Source: Anaerolineae bacterium (GTDB lineage: Bacteria; Chloroflexota; Anaerolineae; UBA1429). From it: a DNA stretch of 64,000 nt. Below are positions 1 to 10,208 of this stretch, piece by piece. The position numbers and the translations under genes were made by a program. Where the stretch lies: contig OY776562.1 of NCBI GenBank assembly GCA_963675785.1, forward strand, positions 160,001 to 224,000. The letters run 5' to 3'. Numbering within the stretch: position 1 is the stretch's first letter; every line of letters starts with the position of its first letter. Under the pieces are notes generated by a model that did no database searches, had not been told where the DNA came from, and saw only the letters and a list, made by a program, of their open reading frames with translations.

Positions 1-3
1 GGT

Positions 4-288
4 GTGGAACAATCAGATCATACGCCAGTGCCTACCAGGGCCCCTCAAGATATCAAACAATCTGGAGGCCGTCGTCGTTCTCCAGTGACACCTGTCATTG
101 TCATTGCTCTTTTGATCATTGCCATCGTGCTCCTCGTCAAGAGGCCTTCAGTTTCTGAAGATCGCTGGCAACAGATTGTTGATTGGATGCTAACCCCAGC
201 AGCGACAGAGACGCCGATCGGTGAAGGGACACCTACGTCTGAACCTACACCAACCATCGATTATGTGACACCGGCAGCACTGGACTAG
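4..288 (+). CDS. Small membrane-anchored hypothetical protein with Thr/Pro-rich tail
   Basis: Basic N-terminus, one hydrophobic helix (VIVIALLIIAIVLLV), TP-rich C-terminus; start is at the window edge and uncertain. Confidence 0.55.
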   Translation: MEQSDHTPVPTRAPQDIKQSGGRRRSPVTPVIVIALLIIAIVLLVKRPSVSEDRWQQIVDWMLTPAATETPIGEGTPTSEPTPTIDYVTPAALD

Positions 289-290
289 GC

Positions 291-1388
291 TTAGACGTTA
301 AAGCGAACGTGGATCACATCGCCGTCTTGGACGATATAGTCTCGCCCTTCGATTCGGAGGCTGCCGCTTTCGCGAACTTGTGCCATACTGCCTGCGGTTA
401 CAAGCGTTTCGCAGGGCACAACCTCTGCTCGAATGAACCCTCTGGCCATATCGGTATGGATCTTTCCCGCCGCTTCGAGAATCGTGGTGCCGCGGATGAT
501 GTTCCAGGCACGCACTTCTTTGCCACCCGTGGTAGTAAAAAAGGTGATATAGCTCAGCAGGCGGTACCCTGTGCTGATAAAGCGATTGAGCCCCATCTCA
601 CTTACGCCATAAGCTTGGAGAAAACTTGAGGCTTCTTCTGCACCAAACTCGCTGATTTCGTTTTCCAGCGCGGCGCAAACGGCAACGGTTTCGGCTCCAC
701 CCGCTTGGGCGTGCTTTTTAAGAGCTTCTGCCAAAGGCCCTCCCTCGGGCAGGTCGCTTTCACTTACGTTGGCTACATAGAAAAAGGGTTTATTGGTGAG
801 CAAAGCCGCTTCTGCCAGATGTGTGTCTTGCGTATCGGATAGGGCGAGGGTTCGAAGCAAGGTTCCGCCTTTGAGCGTTTCAATAGCGAGGTCGATTGTT
901 TCCAGTTGATCGACATAATCCCGCGGTTTACCTTTGGAACGAGTAAGCACGCTTTCGCGGAATCTCTCCAACACGTCAATGTCTGCCATTGCCAATTCGA
1001 GTTCTATGGTCTCGGCGTCTCCAACGGGGTCGAGCGTCTCAGTGACATGGGGGATGGTGTCATCGACAAAGCATCGCACTACCATGGCAATGGCATCGAC
1101 AGTGCGAATGTGAGAGAGAAACTGGTTGCCCAGGCCCTCACCTTTGCTGGCGCCGCGAACCAGGCCGGCGATATCCACAACTTCCAACGTGGTAGGTACA
1201 GTCTTTTCAGGCTGAATGAGCGCCTGAAGCTGCTCCAGACGTTTATCGGGCACGGGGACGATGCCGATATTAGGATCGATGGTGGTAAAAGGGTAGCTGG
1301 CCACGTCTGCGCCTGCGTGAGTGAGGGCGTTGAACAGGGTGGATTTGCCCACATTAGGCAACCCCACCAATCCGAGTTGAAGCGGCAT
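291..1388 (-). CDS. ychF: Redox-regulated Obg-like ATPase YchF
   Basis: GLPNVGKSTLFN, YPFTTIDPN, DIAGLVRGASKGEGLGNQFL, TGS-like C-terminus with GKIHTD and YIVQDGD. Confidence 0.97.
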   Translation of the reverse strand: MPLQLGLVGLPNVGKSTLFNALTHAGADVASYPFTTIDPNIGIVPVPDKRLEQLQALIQPEKTVPTTLEVVDIAGLVRGASKGEGLGNQFLSHIRTVDAIAMVVRCFVDDTIPHVTETLDPVGDAETIELELAMADIDVLERFRESVLTRSKGKPRDYVDQLETIDLAIETLKGGTLLRTLALSDTQDTHLAEAALLTNKPFFYVANVSESDLPEGGPLAEALKKHAQAGGAETVAVCAALENEISEFGAEEASSFLQAYGVSEMGLNRFISTGYRLLSYITFFTTTGGKEVRAWNIIRGTTILEAAGKIHTDMARGFIRAEVVPCETLVTAGSMAQVRESGSLRIEGRDYIVQDGDVIHVRFNV

Positions 1389-1392
1389 AATC

Positions 1393-3267
1393 TTACTCCT
1401 CCGAGCCGGCAGTACCTACAAGGTAGCGAGCAGCCCATGGCTCATAGTACGATAAGAGCTCTTCTTCACTGACCAGTGCGCCGTCAACATAGATTCTGCG
1501 GATGATGCTGGTGTCGATGCCCTCGTGAGCATATTCTTGTTGTATCGTGGTGCCAACAGGCAGACTGGGATCGTCGGTATAAATGGGATCTGGCGCAGCA
1601 ACGCGGTTGCTCGTTTGAGGGCTGCTTACCTCGACAACGCGGCCCGTGGGTGCACTGTAGAACTGGAAATAGAGCTTGCTCGCGTTTTCATCGACGATGG
1701 TTTGCACCAAAATAGGGTTATCTGTGTCGTTTGTGAAAACCATATTCGTCGTCGGTGAAAAGACAGCAGCATCCAATCCAACGGGCGGTTCATACCAGCT
1801 GACGCGGTACGAGTGGGCATGTCGCTCCACAATGGGATAGCCTCCGTAATAAGCTGCACGGAAACAGGTTGTACTGACCTGACAAACACCACCGCCGGGG
1901 CCGAGGACAGTTCTATCGCCATAGATGATCCAAGATTCACTGTAGCCGGTTGCCACCGTCACATCCCCCAATCTGTCGAGGAATGAAAATGTGGACTGGG
2001 CGGGGATGGTGATCCCGTCAAAGCATGCCGAAGCTACCTTGATGTTTTGAAGACGTTCTGCACTAGAGCCGGAAAAACTCGTTTCCCCCTGACTGATAAG
2101 TGTAAGAGGCATGATGGCATCAAGGTCCTCTCGAGTAACCAGCGGTGCTACCATGCGGATGACAAGATGCACATCTGCCGCTCCCATCAGACAGGCTTTC
2201 TCAATGGCCTTGACTGATGCATCTACATCGACTCCATAGCCAATCTGGCCGGGCAGCAAAACCTGCAGAACTTGGCTTGCCGAATCATAGTGAAACTGAC
2301 CTTCTCGCGAGGGCTGATCAATGTCTTTAGCAATATTCACTACCCATTCTCGGATGGATTCGCTATCTAGACCTACATGCAGGGTAGTTGTATCATCTTC
2401 TTGTGCTGCGTCGAGCTCTGTCCATGCAACCAGCGTGGCGCGGTCGATGAGCCAGGTTTTGGTGATAGGCACGGTATAACCTTGCTCGTTGAGAGAATCT
2501 AGCACGGCGCATACGCGGAGCGGTTCCTGAAACATGGTTTCCAGTTGGGCAAGGGCGGCATCAGTATTGGTGCCGGGCTGGACGATGCTCTCAAAGGCAA
2601 TGGGCACGGCCACGGGGGTAGATATATCCGTATAGGACGTTGTCCCTTTACCCCAGGATGATGAACCCAGCCAGGTTTGCATGGCAGTGGTGATGTTTTG
2701 GCAAGTTTGGGCCACATCCAGATCACTGCCACCTGTAACATCTGTTGCTCCGGTTTGTAGACCATTTACCCAGGTTACCGAACGCAGAGTAGAGACGCTG
2801 GCTGTTATGGCAATGTTATCCAGAACTGTCCTGGCTTGGGCAGTTTGCAAGCTGTATGTCGGCTCAATGTTATAGCCTTGGATGAGTAACCGTATCCTGG
2901 TCTGCATATCATCGCGATAGGTGCCTGAATGCCCCGTTTGCCAAGCCTCAGCAACGGCTTGATCGAGATCAAGCACGCCTCCCAAACTGCTGTTGGAGAT
3001 GGTCCACTGGTTTGTCTCAGAATAGAGCAGCACTAAACCTGGGGCAGATGCACCGAGTTCTTGTTCCAGCAGGACGGTGGCTTGTTGTGGGGTAAGGCCC
3101 CCAAGGGCAATTCCGTGTACATTGACACCAAAACATATGCGCGTGGCACAATAATCCTGATATAGTACAGACAGTGTTCCGGTGGCGAGCATAATGAGCA
3201 GCAGGAACACGAGCGGTATGGCGATCAGGCGCGATAAAAAGACTCTGGCACGACTTGTTTTGGTCAT
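1393..3267 (-). CDS. VanW-family protein with peptidoglycan-binding (PG_binding_4-like) and G5-like domains
   Basis: N-terminal TM helix; VanW motifs GGGVCQVSTT, ERHAHSY, GLDAAV; start placed at ATG 3267 after GGAG. Confidence 0.85.
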   Translation of the reverse strand: MTKTSRARVFLSRLIAIPLVFLLLIMLATGTLSVLYQDYCATRICFGVNVHGIALGGLTPQQATVLLEQELGASAPGLVLLYSETNQWTISNSSLGGVLDLDQAVAEAWQTGHSGTYRDDMQTRIRLLIQGYNIEPTYSLQTAQARTVLDNIAITASVSTLRSVTWVNGLQTGATDVTGGSDLDVAQTCQNITTAMQTWLGSSSWGKGTTSYTDISTPVAVPIAFESIVQPGTNTDAALAQLETMFQEPLRVCAVLDSLNEQGYTVPITKTWLIDRATLVAWTELDAAQEDDTTTLHVGLDSESIREWVVNIAKDIDQPSREGQFHYDSASQVLQVLLPGQIGYGVDVDASVKAIEKACLMGAADVHLVIRMVAPLVTREDLDAIMPLTLISQGETSFSGSSAERLQNIKVASACFDGITIPAQSTFSFLDRLGDVTVATGYSESWIIYGDRTVLGPGGGVCQVSTTCFRAAYYGGYPIVERHAHSYRVSWYEPPVGLDAAVFSPTTNMVFTNDTDNPILVQTIVDENASKLYFQFYSAPTGRVVEVSSPQTSNRVAAPDPIYTDDPSLPVGTTIQQEYAHEGIDTSIIRRIYVDGALVSEEELLSYYEPWAARYLVGTAGSEE

Positions 3268-3429
3268 TCCAACTCCCGCATTCAAAGTAGGGAGAGTATA
3301 CCCCATTCCGGTTCGGCTGGCAGAGAGTATTTGCCTTGCAGAGCCACTCTACCTAAGCTAGATTGCACTAGGAACAAGCAGATGTGCAGGAACGTTTCAG
3401 TTACATCATAACGTGGAGCAGTTTGGAAT

Positions 3430-5232
3430 ATGGTACGCAAGGCAATTATAGCCGTTGTTTCATTGGCACTACTCACAATTGGTATAGGCATCATTGTTTA
3501 TGTCAGCGTGGCTCAGGACAGATTATCCTCTGATCTGACGCCAACCACAAGTAGACTGGCCACGCTGACCCCTGTTTTACAGGCAACATCGGTTCATGAT
3601 GAGACGCTTGTGCAAGGTGTTGTAACAGCGTATGAACCGGGCGGAATTATTATTGTCATTCAACCCACTCAGGGCCAGGTTGACCAGATCATCGTTACCG
3701 ATGAGGCATCTGTATACCTTTCTGATGGTTCTTTTTCTTCCAAGATGCAGGTCAGCGTTGGACAGGACATTGAGGCTTCTGGAACACTGGATGCCTTGGG
3801 GCGTTTGCTGGCCGAAAGAGTCACTATTTTGAGTGATGCTGTAGTGCCCACGCCAGTTATTGCGCCAACCAGTGAGTCTGATGCAGAGCCTGATGATGCC
3901 TGGCAATCCGAGTTTTATAATGGACAAGAGATTAGCGGTACTCCCGTACTGACACGCGAGGATGAAAGCATTAGCTTTGATTGGGAACTGGGCAGCCCCG
4001 CCGTTTCTGTGTCGGCAGATGACTTTGCTGCTCGTTTTGTTCGGCGAATGGATCTGGTGGAAGGGCATTACAGCTTTTATGCCCAGGCCGATGATGGCGT
4101 TCGTTTGTATGTAGATGATATTCTGGTGATCGATGCCTGGGATGAGCCATCGGGCATCGTCCAAGCGGATGTTCTTTTGAATGAGGCAATCCATACCTTA
4201 CGCGTTGAATATCGCGAGGATGAGGGCGAGGCATTTTTGAACCTCTGGTGGGTGAACCGCACGCTGTATCCCGAATGGCAGGGTGCCTACTATGATAATA
4301 CCGACCTCTCCGGCACGCCGGTGTTGGTGCGCAATGATTCATCGTTGGCTTTTGACTGGGGGAACAATTCCCCTGACTCTACAGTGCCAGCCGATAACTT
4401 TGGTGTGCGTTGGCAGCGCACCTTATCTCTTCCTGCTGGCGCCTACAAGTTCTCTGTTACTGCAGATGACGGCGTATCTATCTGGGTGGATGGCTTGCGT
4501 ATCATTGATGTTTGGCCGCACGGCAGTGGGCAAGTGACCTATGGCTACATCTGGCTTTCAGAAGGCCCACATGCTATACGCGTCGAATACTATGAACAAG
4601 AGGGCAGTGCCAATGTGCACTTGGGCTGGACTCGCTTGGAGTCGTTCTCTGGCTGGAAGGGCGAGTACTATAACAATGCGGATTTGTCGGGTGATCCAGC
4701 TTTTGTGCGTGATGATGCGGTCATCGATTTCTCTTGGGAGGATCGTTCTCCTGGTATAGGACTCGCTTCGGATAATTTTTCTGCCCGATGGACAAGGGCC
4801 GTATACTTGCCAGAAGGAGAGTACATCTTTTATGTCACGGTAGACGATGGTGTTCGGCTTTATGTGGATGGTACATTGCTCATCGACGAGTGGCGCGATT
4901 CCGAGGTCGCTTTTTACTATGACGATATTGCTCTGGATGAGGGAGAGCACACAATCGTGGTCGAGTATTATGAGCGAGGCCAAGATGCGACAATTGCAGT
5001 AACCTGGGAAAGGGCGCTTACGCCCACTCCTAGCCCGACCATGACAGCTACGGCGACTGTTACACCAACATCGACGGCTACGCCGACGCCGACCGCAACC
5101 ATGACACCTTCACCGACAGCAACGGTTGTTTCGCCGACGCCTACTGCTACAGGTGTGCCTATTACACCATCACCAACTTCTACCAAGCCGGGCGATACAA
5201 CGCCGCCTATTGAAACGATTGTAGCCCCCTGA
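3430..5232 (+). CDS. Membrane-anchored protein with three tandem PA14 domains and a Thr/Pro-rich tail
   Basis: Three repeats of W.GEYYNN..LSG.P / FDW / DNF..RW / ADDGVRLYVD / VEYYE; N-terminal TM helix. Confidence 0.88.
   Translation: MVRKAIIAVVSLALLTIGIGIIVYVSVAQDRLSSDLTPTTSRLATLTPVLQATSVHDETLVQGVVTAYEPGGIIIVIQPTQGQVDQIIVTDEASVYLSDGSFSSKMQVSVGQDIEASGTLDALGRLLAERVTILSDAVVPTPVIAPTSESDAEPDDAWQSEFYNGQEISGTPVLTREDESISFDWELGSPAVSVSADDFAARFVRRMDLVEGHYSFYAQADDGVRLYVDDILVIDAWDEPSGIVQADVLLNEAIHTLRVEYREDEGEAFLNLWWVNRTLYPEWQGAYYDNTDLSGTPVLVRNDSSLAFDWGNNSPDSTVPADNFGVRWQRTLSLPAGAYKFSVTADDGVSIWVDGLRIIDVWPHGSGQVTYGYIWLSEGPHAIRVEYYEQEGSANVHLGWTRLESFSGWKGEYYNNADLSGDPAFVRDDAVIDFSWEDRSPGIGLASDNFSARWTRAVYLPEGEYIFYVTVDDGVRLYVDGTLLIDEWRDSEVAFYYDDIALDEGEHTIVVEYYERGQDATIAVTWERALTPTPSPTMTATATVTPTSTATPTPTATMTPSPTATVVSPTPTATGVPITPSPTSTKPGDTTPPIETIVAP
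5018..5200 (+). repeat. Low-complexity Thr-Pro-Thr-Ala coding repeat (linker)
   Basis: Encodes TPTPSPTMTATATVTPTSTATPTPTATMTPSPTAT; imperfect at DNA level. Confidence 0.6.
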
Positions 5233-5251
5233 CACACAAGCAGGGTGCCCG

Positions 5252-5307
5252 ACAGAACTGCGGAGGATGAGAGTGCGTTTATCGCCGTCATTTTCCGCAG
5301 TTGCTGT
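5252..5307 (+). terminator. Long intergenic hairpin, possible terminator of the PA14 gene
   Basis: ACAG-AACTGCGGA-GGATGA pairs with TCAT-TT-TCCGCAGTT-G-CTGT; no strong U-tract. Confidence 0.4.
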
Positions 5308-5419
5308 TATACGACAATACTGCATCGCCGAACGAGCTCTGCTTCTGTGCCTGTTTTCTTGAAGGCCTTATCCCTTGGTGTTATACTTGGCAGTGGTATA
5401 GTATTCTAGGATAGACCTT

Positions 5420-7234
5420 GTGAAGAATGCTCGACGTTCTCGCGGCATTGCCGCCCGCAACCTGAGATCACAGCTTATTGTTACGACGATTACCCCTGTC
5501 GTTGTCTTGCTTCTAGTATTTATTATTGTAGGTGCTATAGGGCTTAGCTATATTGCTCAGACACTTATTCAGGATCGGGATGCCGAGGTGGCGGAGCTTT
5601 CTGCCGTCGAGGTGGCCAACCAGTGGGCTGATTCGGTGCTTCTCTTATCGCAGATTGCCTCGGAAGCGGATATCATCGAGGGGGACCTGCTTCAGGCAGA
5701 AGGCCTGCTGGATTCTCATCTGGCATTGCACCAACGCTTTGATGCCCTGGCTGTGACGGATAGCGATGGCAAAGTCATCGTAACGTATGAGGGTATTCTG
5801 GGGGAGAATATAGGCAGTTTCGATTTCTTTAACAGAGCACGCACCTATCGCCGCCCAGTTCGCTCCGAAATCTATGTCAATAGTTTGGGCGAGCGTACTA
5901 TTAGCGTAGCTGTGCCTTATTTCGATACCAATGGAAGATTTGGTGGTTGCGTGCTTGGTAACTGGTTACTATCGGGCAGCACCCTGTATAATTCCATATC
6001 CCATATTCAGGTAGGTGAAAGTGGCTATGCTTTTCTTGTGGACCAGTATGGCATCATCCTAGCCTACCCCGATAGTGAGTTCGTAGCGGCGCAGTGGACC
6101 GAGAATCCGGCTGTTCAGGATGTTATGCGGGGCAATTCCGGCGCTCAGATAGTGATATGGCGTGGCTTTACAACGATTATGGGGTACGCGCCTATCTCTA
6201 GCCAGGAACTGTCCAACTCGTTGGTCTCTGACGAGAGTTGGGATGGATGGGGGCTTCTGACGATTCAAAAGTGGGAGGATATCATTCGCCCATTCCGCCC
6301 CTATCTTTTGGCAATGATCATTTCATTGGGTCTGGCGGTTATCGTGCCTCTCTTGTTTTTGGCGCTCAACAGCCGTTGGATTGTCCAGCCGCTCCAGTCC
6401 CTCGTTACTCAGGCCGAGCGTGTTGCTTCCGGAGATCTCAGTACGGATATTTCTATAGATGCTGGCCCGCTTGAAGTTCGCGAACTGGAAGAAGCTTTTT
6501 CTGTCATGGTAGGGCAGATACGCAAGTATCGCCGGGATAACCAGAGTTACATCGTTTCTATCCTGAACAGCCAGGAAGAAGAACGCAAAAGAATTGCACG
6601 TGAACTGCACGATGACACGGCTCAGGCATTAACAGTTCTGGCCCGCCGCATCGAATTGCTGGGCGATATTGAGGATCGTGATGAGCTAGAGCATGAAATA
6701 GGTTATCTTCGCGATTATGTGGACATTACGCTCCAAAACGTGCGGAATTTTGCCCGAGATCTTCGTCCCCCCTTGCTTTCAGAGCTTGGCCTACCGCGCA
6801 CACTGGAGCTGTTGGGGGCGCGCGTTGAGCGAGAGGATGGCATCGAGGTGCGTGTGGATGTCCAGGGAGAGTTCTTTCCGTTGTTGCCACAGGTAGAATT
6901 GGGTCTCTATCGCTTGGCGCAAGAGAGCCTTTCTAATGTGAGGCGGCATGCTAATGCTCAAAAGGCCTCGGTAACGCTTACATATCGCGATGACTTTGTT
7001 ACATTACAGATTATGGATGATGGCGTGGGTTTTGACGCGCCACGTGATCCTTCTGAATTGGTTGCATCGGGCAAGTTGGGCCTGGCAGGGTTATATGAGC
7101 GCACCCGCCTTTTCGGGGGCAAAGCGATCATCGATTCGAAAAAGAATCGTGGAACAGTAGTAAGTATTGCTATCCCTGTTACGCCAATCATTCTTCCAAT
7201 CAAGGCGGAGAACAGCCAAGAGGACAGCAATTAA
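5420..7234 (+). CDS. Sensor histidine kinase (Cache-HAMP-HisKA_3-HATPase)
   Basis: Two TM helices flanking a dCache-like domain; HAMP; EERKRIARELHD H-box; QESLSNVRRHA, DDGVGF, GLAGL. Confidence 0.93.
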   Translation: MKNARRSRGIAARNLRSQLIVTTITPVVVLLLVFIIVGAIGLSYIAQTLIQDRDAEVAELSAVEVANQWADSVLLLSQIASEADIIEGDLLQAEGLLDSHLALHQRFDALAVTDSDGKVIVTYEGILGENIGSFDFFNRARTYRRPVRSEIYVNSLGERTISVAVPYFDTNGRFGGCVLGNWLLSGSTLYNSISHIQVGESGYAFLVDQYGIILAYPDSEFVAAQWTENPAVQDVMRGNSGAQIVIWRGFTTIMGYAPISSQELSNSLVSDESWDGWGLLTIQKWEDIIRPFRPYLLAMIISLGLAVIVPLLFLALNSRWIVQPLQSLVTQAERVASGDLSTDISIDAGPLEVRELEEAFSVMVGQIRKYRRDNQSYIVSILNSQEEERKRIARELHDDTAQALTVLARRIELLGDIEDRDELEHEIGYLRDYVDITLQNVRNFARDLRPPLLSELGLPRTLELLGARVEREDGIEVRVDVQGEFFPLLPQVELGLYRLAQESLSNVRRHANAQKASVTLTYRDDFVTLQIMDDGVGFDAPRDPSELVASGKLGLAGLYERTRLFGGKAIIDSKKNRGTVVSIAIPVTPIILPIKAENSQEDSN

Positions 7235-7449
7235 GCCTAAATGCCTATGTTCATCCGTGAAGATAGCGGATGTACGGCAAGTGGATTCGCGGTATCTTGG
7301 AGGGGCCTCGTACAGGGTTTTGCGGGGCAAATTCAGCAGTTTGCTGATGACGGGAAAAAGTTTCTTCTCCTCCTTGGTGAACGAGTCCCTAGTCGTAGTG
7401 GGCAACGACAAGAGGGACTCGTTCGTTTTTGCGAGGGATAGGGGGCAAC

Positions 7450-8124
7450 ATGGCAGAAGAAAGCCAGATCAAGGTATTGCTTGCGGATGATCATATTATG
7501 GTGCGCGAGGGAACCAGGCGCATTCTCGACCGCGAGCCAGATATAACGGTTGTCGCTGAGGCTGGTGATGGGCGTGAAGCTCTCGAAATGGCCCGCCTTG
7601 AACATCCTGATGTCGCTATCATTGATATCAGTATGCCAGTGATGAATGGGATTGAGGCAACGCGTGCTATCAAGGAAGAATTGCCTCAAATAGCTATCCT
7701 CATTCTGACGGCTTATGATGATGATGAGTATGTTTTTGCGATTTTGGAGGCTGGTGCGGCTGGGTACTTGCTCAAGAACGCAAGAAGTAGCGAACTCATC
7801 AATGCAGTTCGTGAGGTCAAAGCAGGCGAATCGGTGCTGCATCCTTCAGTGGCATCCAAAGTTTTGCGGCGCATAACCGGCCGGGGCGAGCCCGAGCGTC
7901 AGCAACAGGACATTTTGACGGATCGTGAACTGGATGTGCTGCGGCTTGCAGGGCGGGGGTTATCTAACCGGCAGATTGCTGCCGAGTTGGTTCTCAGCCC
8001 GAGAACTGTGCAAGCTCACATGGCTAATATCTTTGGCAAGCTCAATGTGGGGTCGCGTACCGAGGCCGTAACAGTAGCACTACGTAAGGGAATGATTTCG
8101 CTTGAGGATTTGCCCAATCTCTAG
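7450..8124 (+). CDS. NarL/LuxR-family response regulator
   Basis: REC domain (LADDH, DISMP, GYLLK) plus LuxR HTH (LTDRELDVL, SPRTVQAH); ATG 7450. Confidence 0.95.
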   Translation: MAEESQIKVLLADDHIMVREGTRRILDREPDITVVAEAGDGREALEMARLEHPDVAIIDISMPVMNGIEATRAIKEELPQIAILILTAYDDDEYVFAILEAGAAGYLLKNARSSELINAVREVKAGESVLHPSVASKVLRRITGRGEPERQQQDILTDRELDVLRLAGRGLSNRQIAAELVLSPRTVQAHMANIFGKLNVGSRTEAVTVALRKGMISLEDLPNL

Positions 8125-8130
8125 GCTTTA

Positions 8131-10128
8131 TTATTCTACAGGCGTGAGCGCAGAGAACATGATGCGATAGAGGCCGGTATCAGCAACGACCCAGGCAGTG
8201 CTTTCATTCTCGATAGCGAGTTGCGTGGCTTCCGGCACACTTGAATAGTACCAATCAGCCTCTGGCGTTCGGCAAGAGATTCCTGCTTTTGTCGCAAGCC
8301 AGAGGTTTCCTGTTGTATCGAACGCGAGATCGCGAATATCTGTAGATTGCAGGCCGCCCCCCGTGCTGTTGCTGGTTAGGATCACCCAGTTGGCGCCATC
8401 GTTGTTCCTAAACAGGCCTGAGGATGTCCCCGCCCACACAGCGCCGTCGGTGCCTACGGCGATCGTCTGAATGCCTTGCAGGGTTACATTTTCCTGAGGC
8501 GCAAGTTCTGTAATGGCATTGTCTTCACCCATCTTGTATATGTGCCCGGCCGTAGCCAGGTAGAGCTCCTGGTTGGGGCCGATTGCCATATCAACGAGGG
8601 GATCACCAGTGACATCGAGGATATTCATGACCGTTTGCCACGTTCCATCGAGTGTCCAAAGGGTGCCGTCTGAAGTGTAGGCCCAACCACGTTCTGCAAA
8701 AACTGCCGTCACAATATCGTGACCTTCCAGAACGGGCTGATTAGCATCTGTGCTCGCCAGCAATCCTGAAATGCTGTACCAGGCAGTGCCGCTCAGGTTG
8801 CTGAGCCACAAGGGTTCCAGGGTAGTTAGCACTTTTAGATTCTCGTTACTGGCTTGTACAAGGCCGTCATCAGTTGCCAGCAATACGCCTTTGTCTGACC
8901 AGGCCACATCATAGATATTGCCCAAGGCAGTCGATTCAGAGATCAGCCAGGGGCCCTCTACTTCTGATGCCTGGTTTATGCGGATGATGCCACGGTTGGT
9001 CCCTAACCAGCGTTTGCCTGTGCCGTCTATAAAAGAGCAGTAGACGGTGATGTCTTCAAAAATCATCTCTTGCCAGGCAGTGTCGGCCTCTTTTATGGCC
9101 AATCCGTCTGCCCCCCAGATGCAAAGCGATTGATCGTCGCCAATTTGGATGCCCAAAACCTGGCTGGGAATGGCAGAATTGAGTGCATGGGCATAGCCGG
9201 TCCAACGCTCCAGATCAGGATCCAAATTACACAATCCGCCAGACGTGCCATCAGTTGCCGTAAAAGAGAGCCAAACGCGCTCCTGATTATCTGTGGAGAT
9301 GCCCGTTACGCTCGCTGCATTGGGGATGTCGGCAAATAGGGTGTGATCTTGCCACCAAACGTATCCTTCAATCGTTGTGCAAAGGCCGTCGCCCAGAGCC
9401 CATACTCTGCCTTGTTTAGAGACGGTAACGCGCGAAATGTTGTCTCGTACGCCCGAATAAGAACCGTATGTTCGCCACACAGAGCCGTCGTAGGCCTGCA
9501 CACGGCCGTTTTCTGAAGGTATCCAAACCCACCCTGTGACTTGGCTTGCTGCCCACATACTGGTATCTGCATGCAGAGGTATTTGCATTTCGACAAAAGC
9601 CGATTCTACAGCGTCAGTTCGGGAGAGACTGGTCCACTCTTGCCCATTCAGATAGGTCCACTCTAGGCGGTCTTCGTAGCAAATCCACAAGCGGTTGGCT
9701 CCATCAATAGACAAAGCGGCGATGGATGTAGACAGCAGCCCTTGCTCGGTGCCAATAATCTCATATTGCTGCATGTCTGTCGTCCAGCGCACAAGTCCTG
9801 CTGGCGTGGCAGCCCAGATGCTTGCTCCATCAGAAACCAATGAAGAAACTATGTTGGCGTTAATCCATGATTGCAGAGGTGCGTCGCTGATGGTGAATCC
9901 CTGGACTTCTGGTGCGGGTGTGACGGTGGGTGCAAGTGATTCGCCGTCCGTAGTCGGCCAAAAGGGTTCAAGCGACGCTGTTTCCACAGGGGCAATCGGC
10001 GTTGCTGTTTCGTTCTCTGTGCAGCCCGTGCCAAAGAGGCTCCCGGCGAGAATTGTTGCGGATACAAATAGTATTGTGGTCAAGCGAATATGTGATTTCA
10101 CGGGCCCAGTATAAGTGCGAGTTTGCAT
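8131..10128 (-). CDS. Putative lipoprotein with two-component-regulator-type beta-propeller repeats
   Basis: Lipobox-like SLFGTGC, TP linker, repeated D..G.LW.AT..G motifs; start may be GTG 10101. Confidence 0.75.
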   Translation of the reverse strand: MQTRTYTGPVKSHIRLTTILFVSATILAGSLFGTGCTENETATPIAPVETASLEPFWPTTDGESLAPTVTPAPEVQGFTISDAPLQSWINANIVSSLVSDGASIWAATPAGLVRWTTDMQQYEIIGTEQGLLSTSIAALSIDGANRLWICYEDRLEWTYLNGQEWTSLSRTDAVESAFVEMQIPLHADTSMWAASQVTGWVWIPSENGRVQAYDGSVWRTYGSYSGVRDNISRVTVSKQGRVWALGDGLCTTIEGYVWWQDHTLFADIPNAASVTGISTDNQERVWLSFTATDGTSGGLCNLDPDLERWTGYAHALNSAIPSQVLGIQIGDDQSLCIWGADGLAIKEADTAWQEMIFEDITVYCSFIDGTGKRWLGTNRGIIRINQASEVEGPWLISESTALGNIYDVAWSDKGVLLATDDGLVQASNENLKVLTTLEPLWLSNLSGTAWYSISGLLASTDANQPVLEGHDIVTAVFAERGWAYTSDGTLWTLDGTWQTVMNILDVTGDPLVDMAIGPNQELYLATAGHIYKMGEDNAITELAPQENVTLQGIQTIAVGTDGAVWAGTSSGLFRNNDGANWVILTSNSTGGGLQSTDIRDLAFDTTGNLWLATKAGISCRTPEADWYYSSVPEATQLAIENESTAWVVADTGLYRIMFSALTPVE

Positions 10129-10208
10129 ACGAGCAAGATTGCCCTTTGCTTCACAACGCAGTTCTACTGATGTACAATGCTGCCAGTGGCAGCCATGGAG
10201 ATGATACT

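Noticed and set aside
1393-3267. Vancomycin resistance locus
   Set aside because: VanW-domain protein only; no vanHAX or vanRS; the family is widespread without resistance
5018-5200. Tandem repeat or CRISPR-like array
   Set aside because: Repetition is at the amino-acid level (Thr/Pro linker) with varied codons; no repeat-spacer structure seen anywhere in the window
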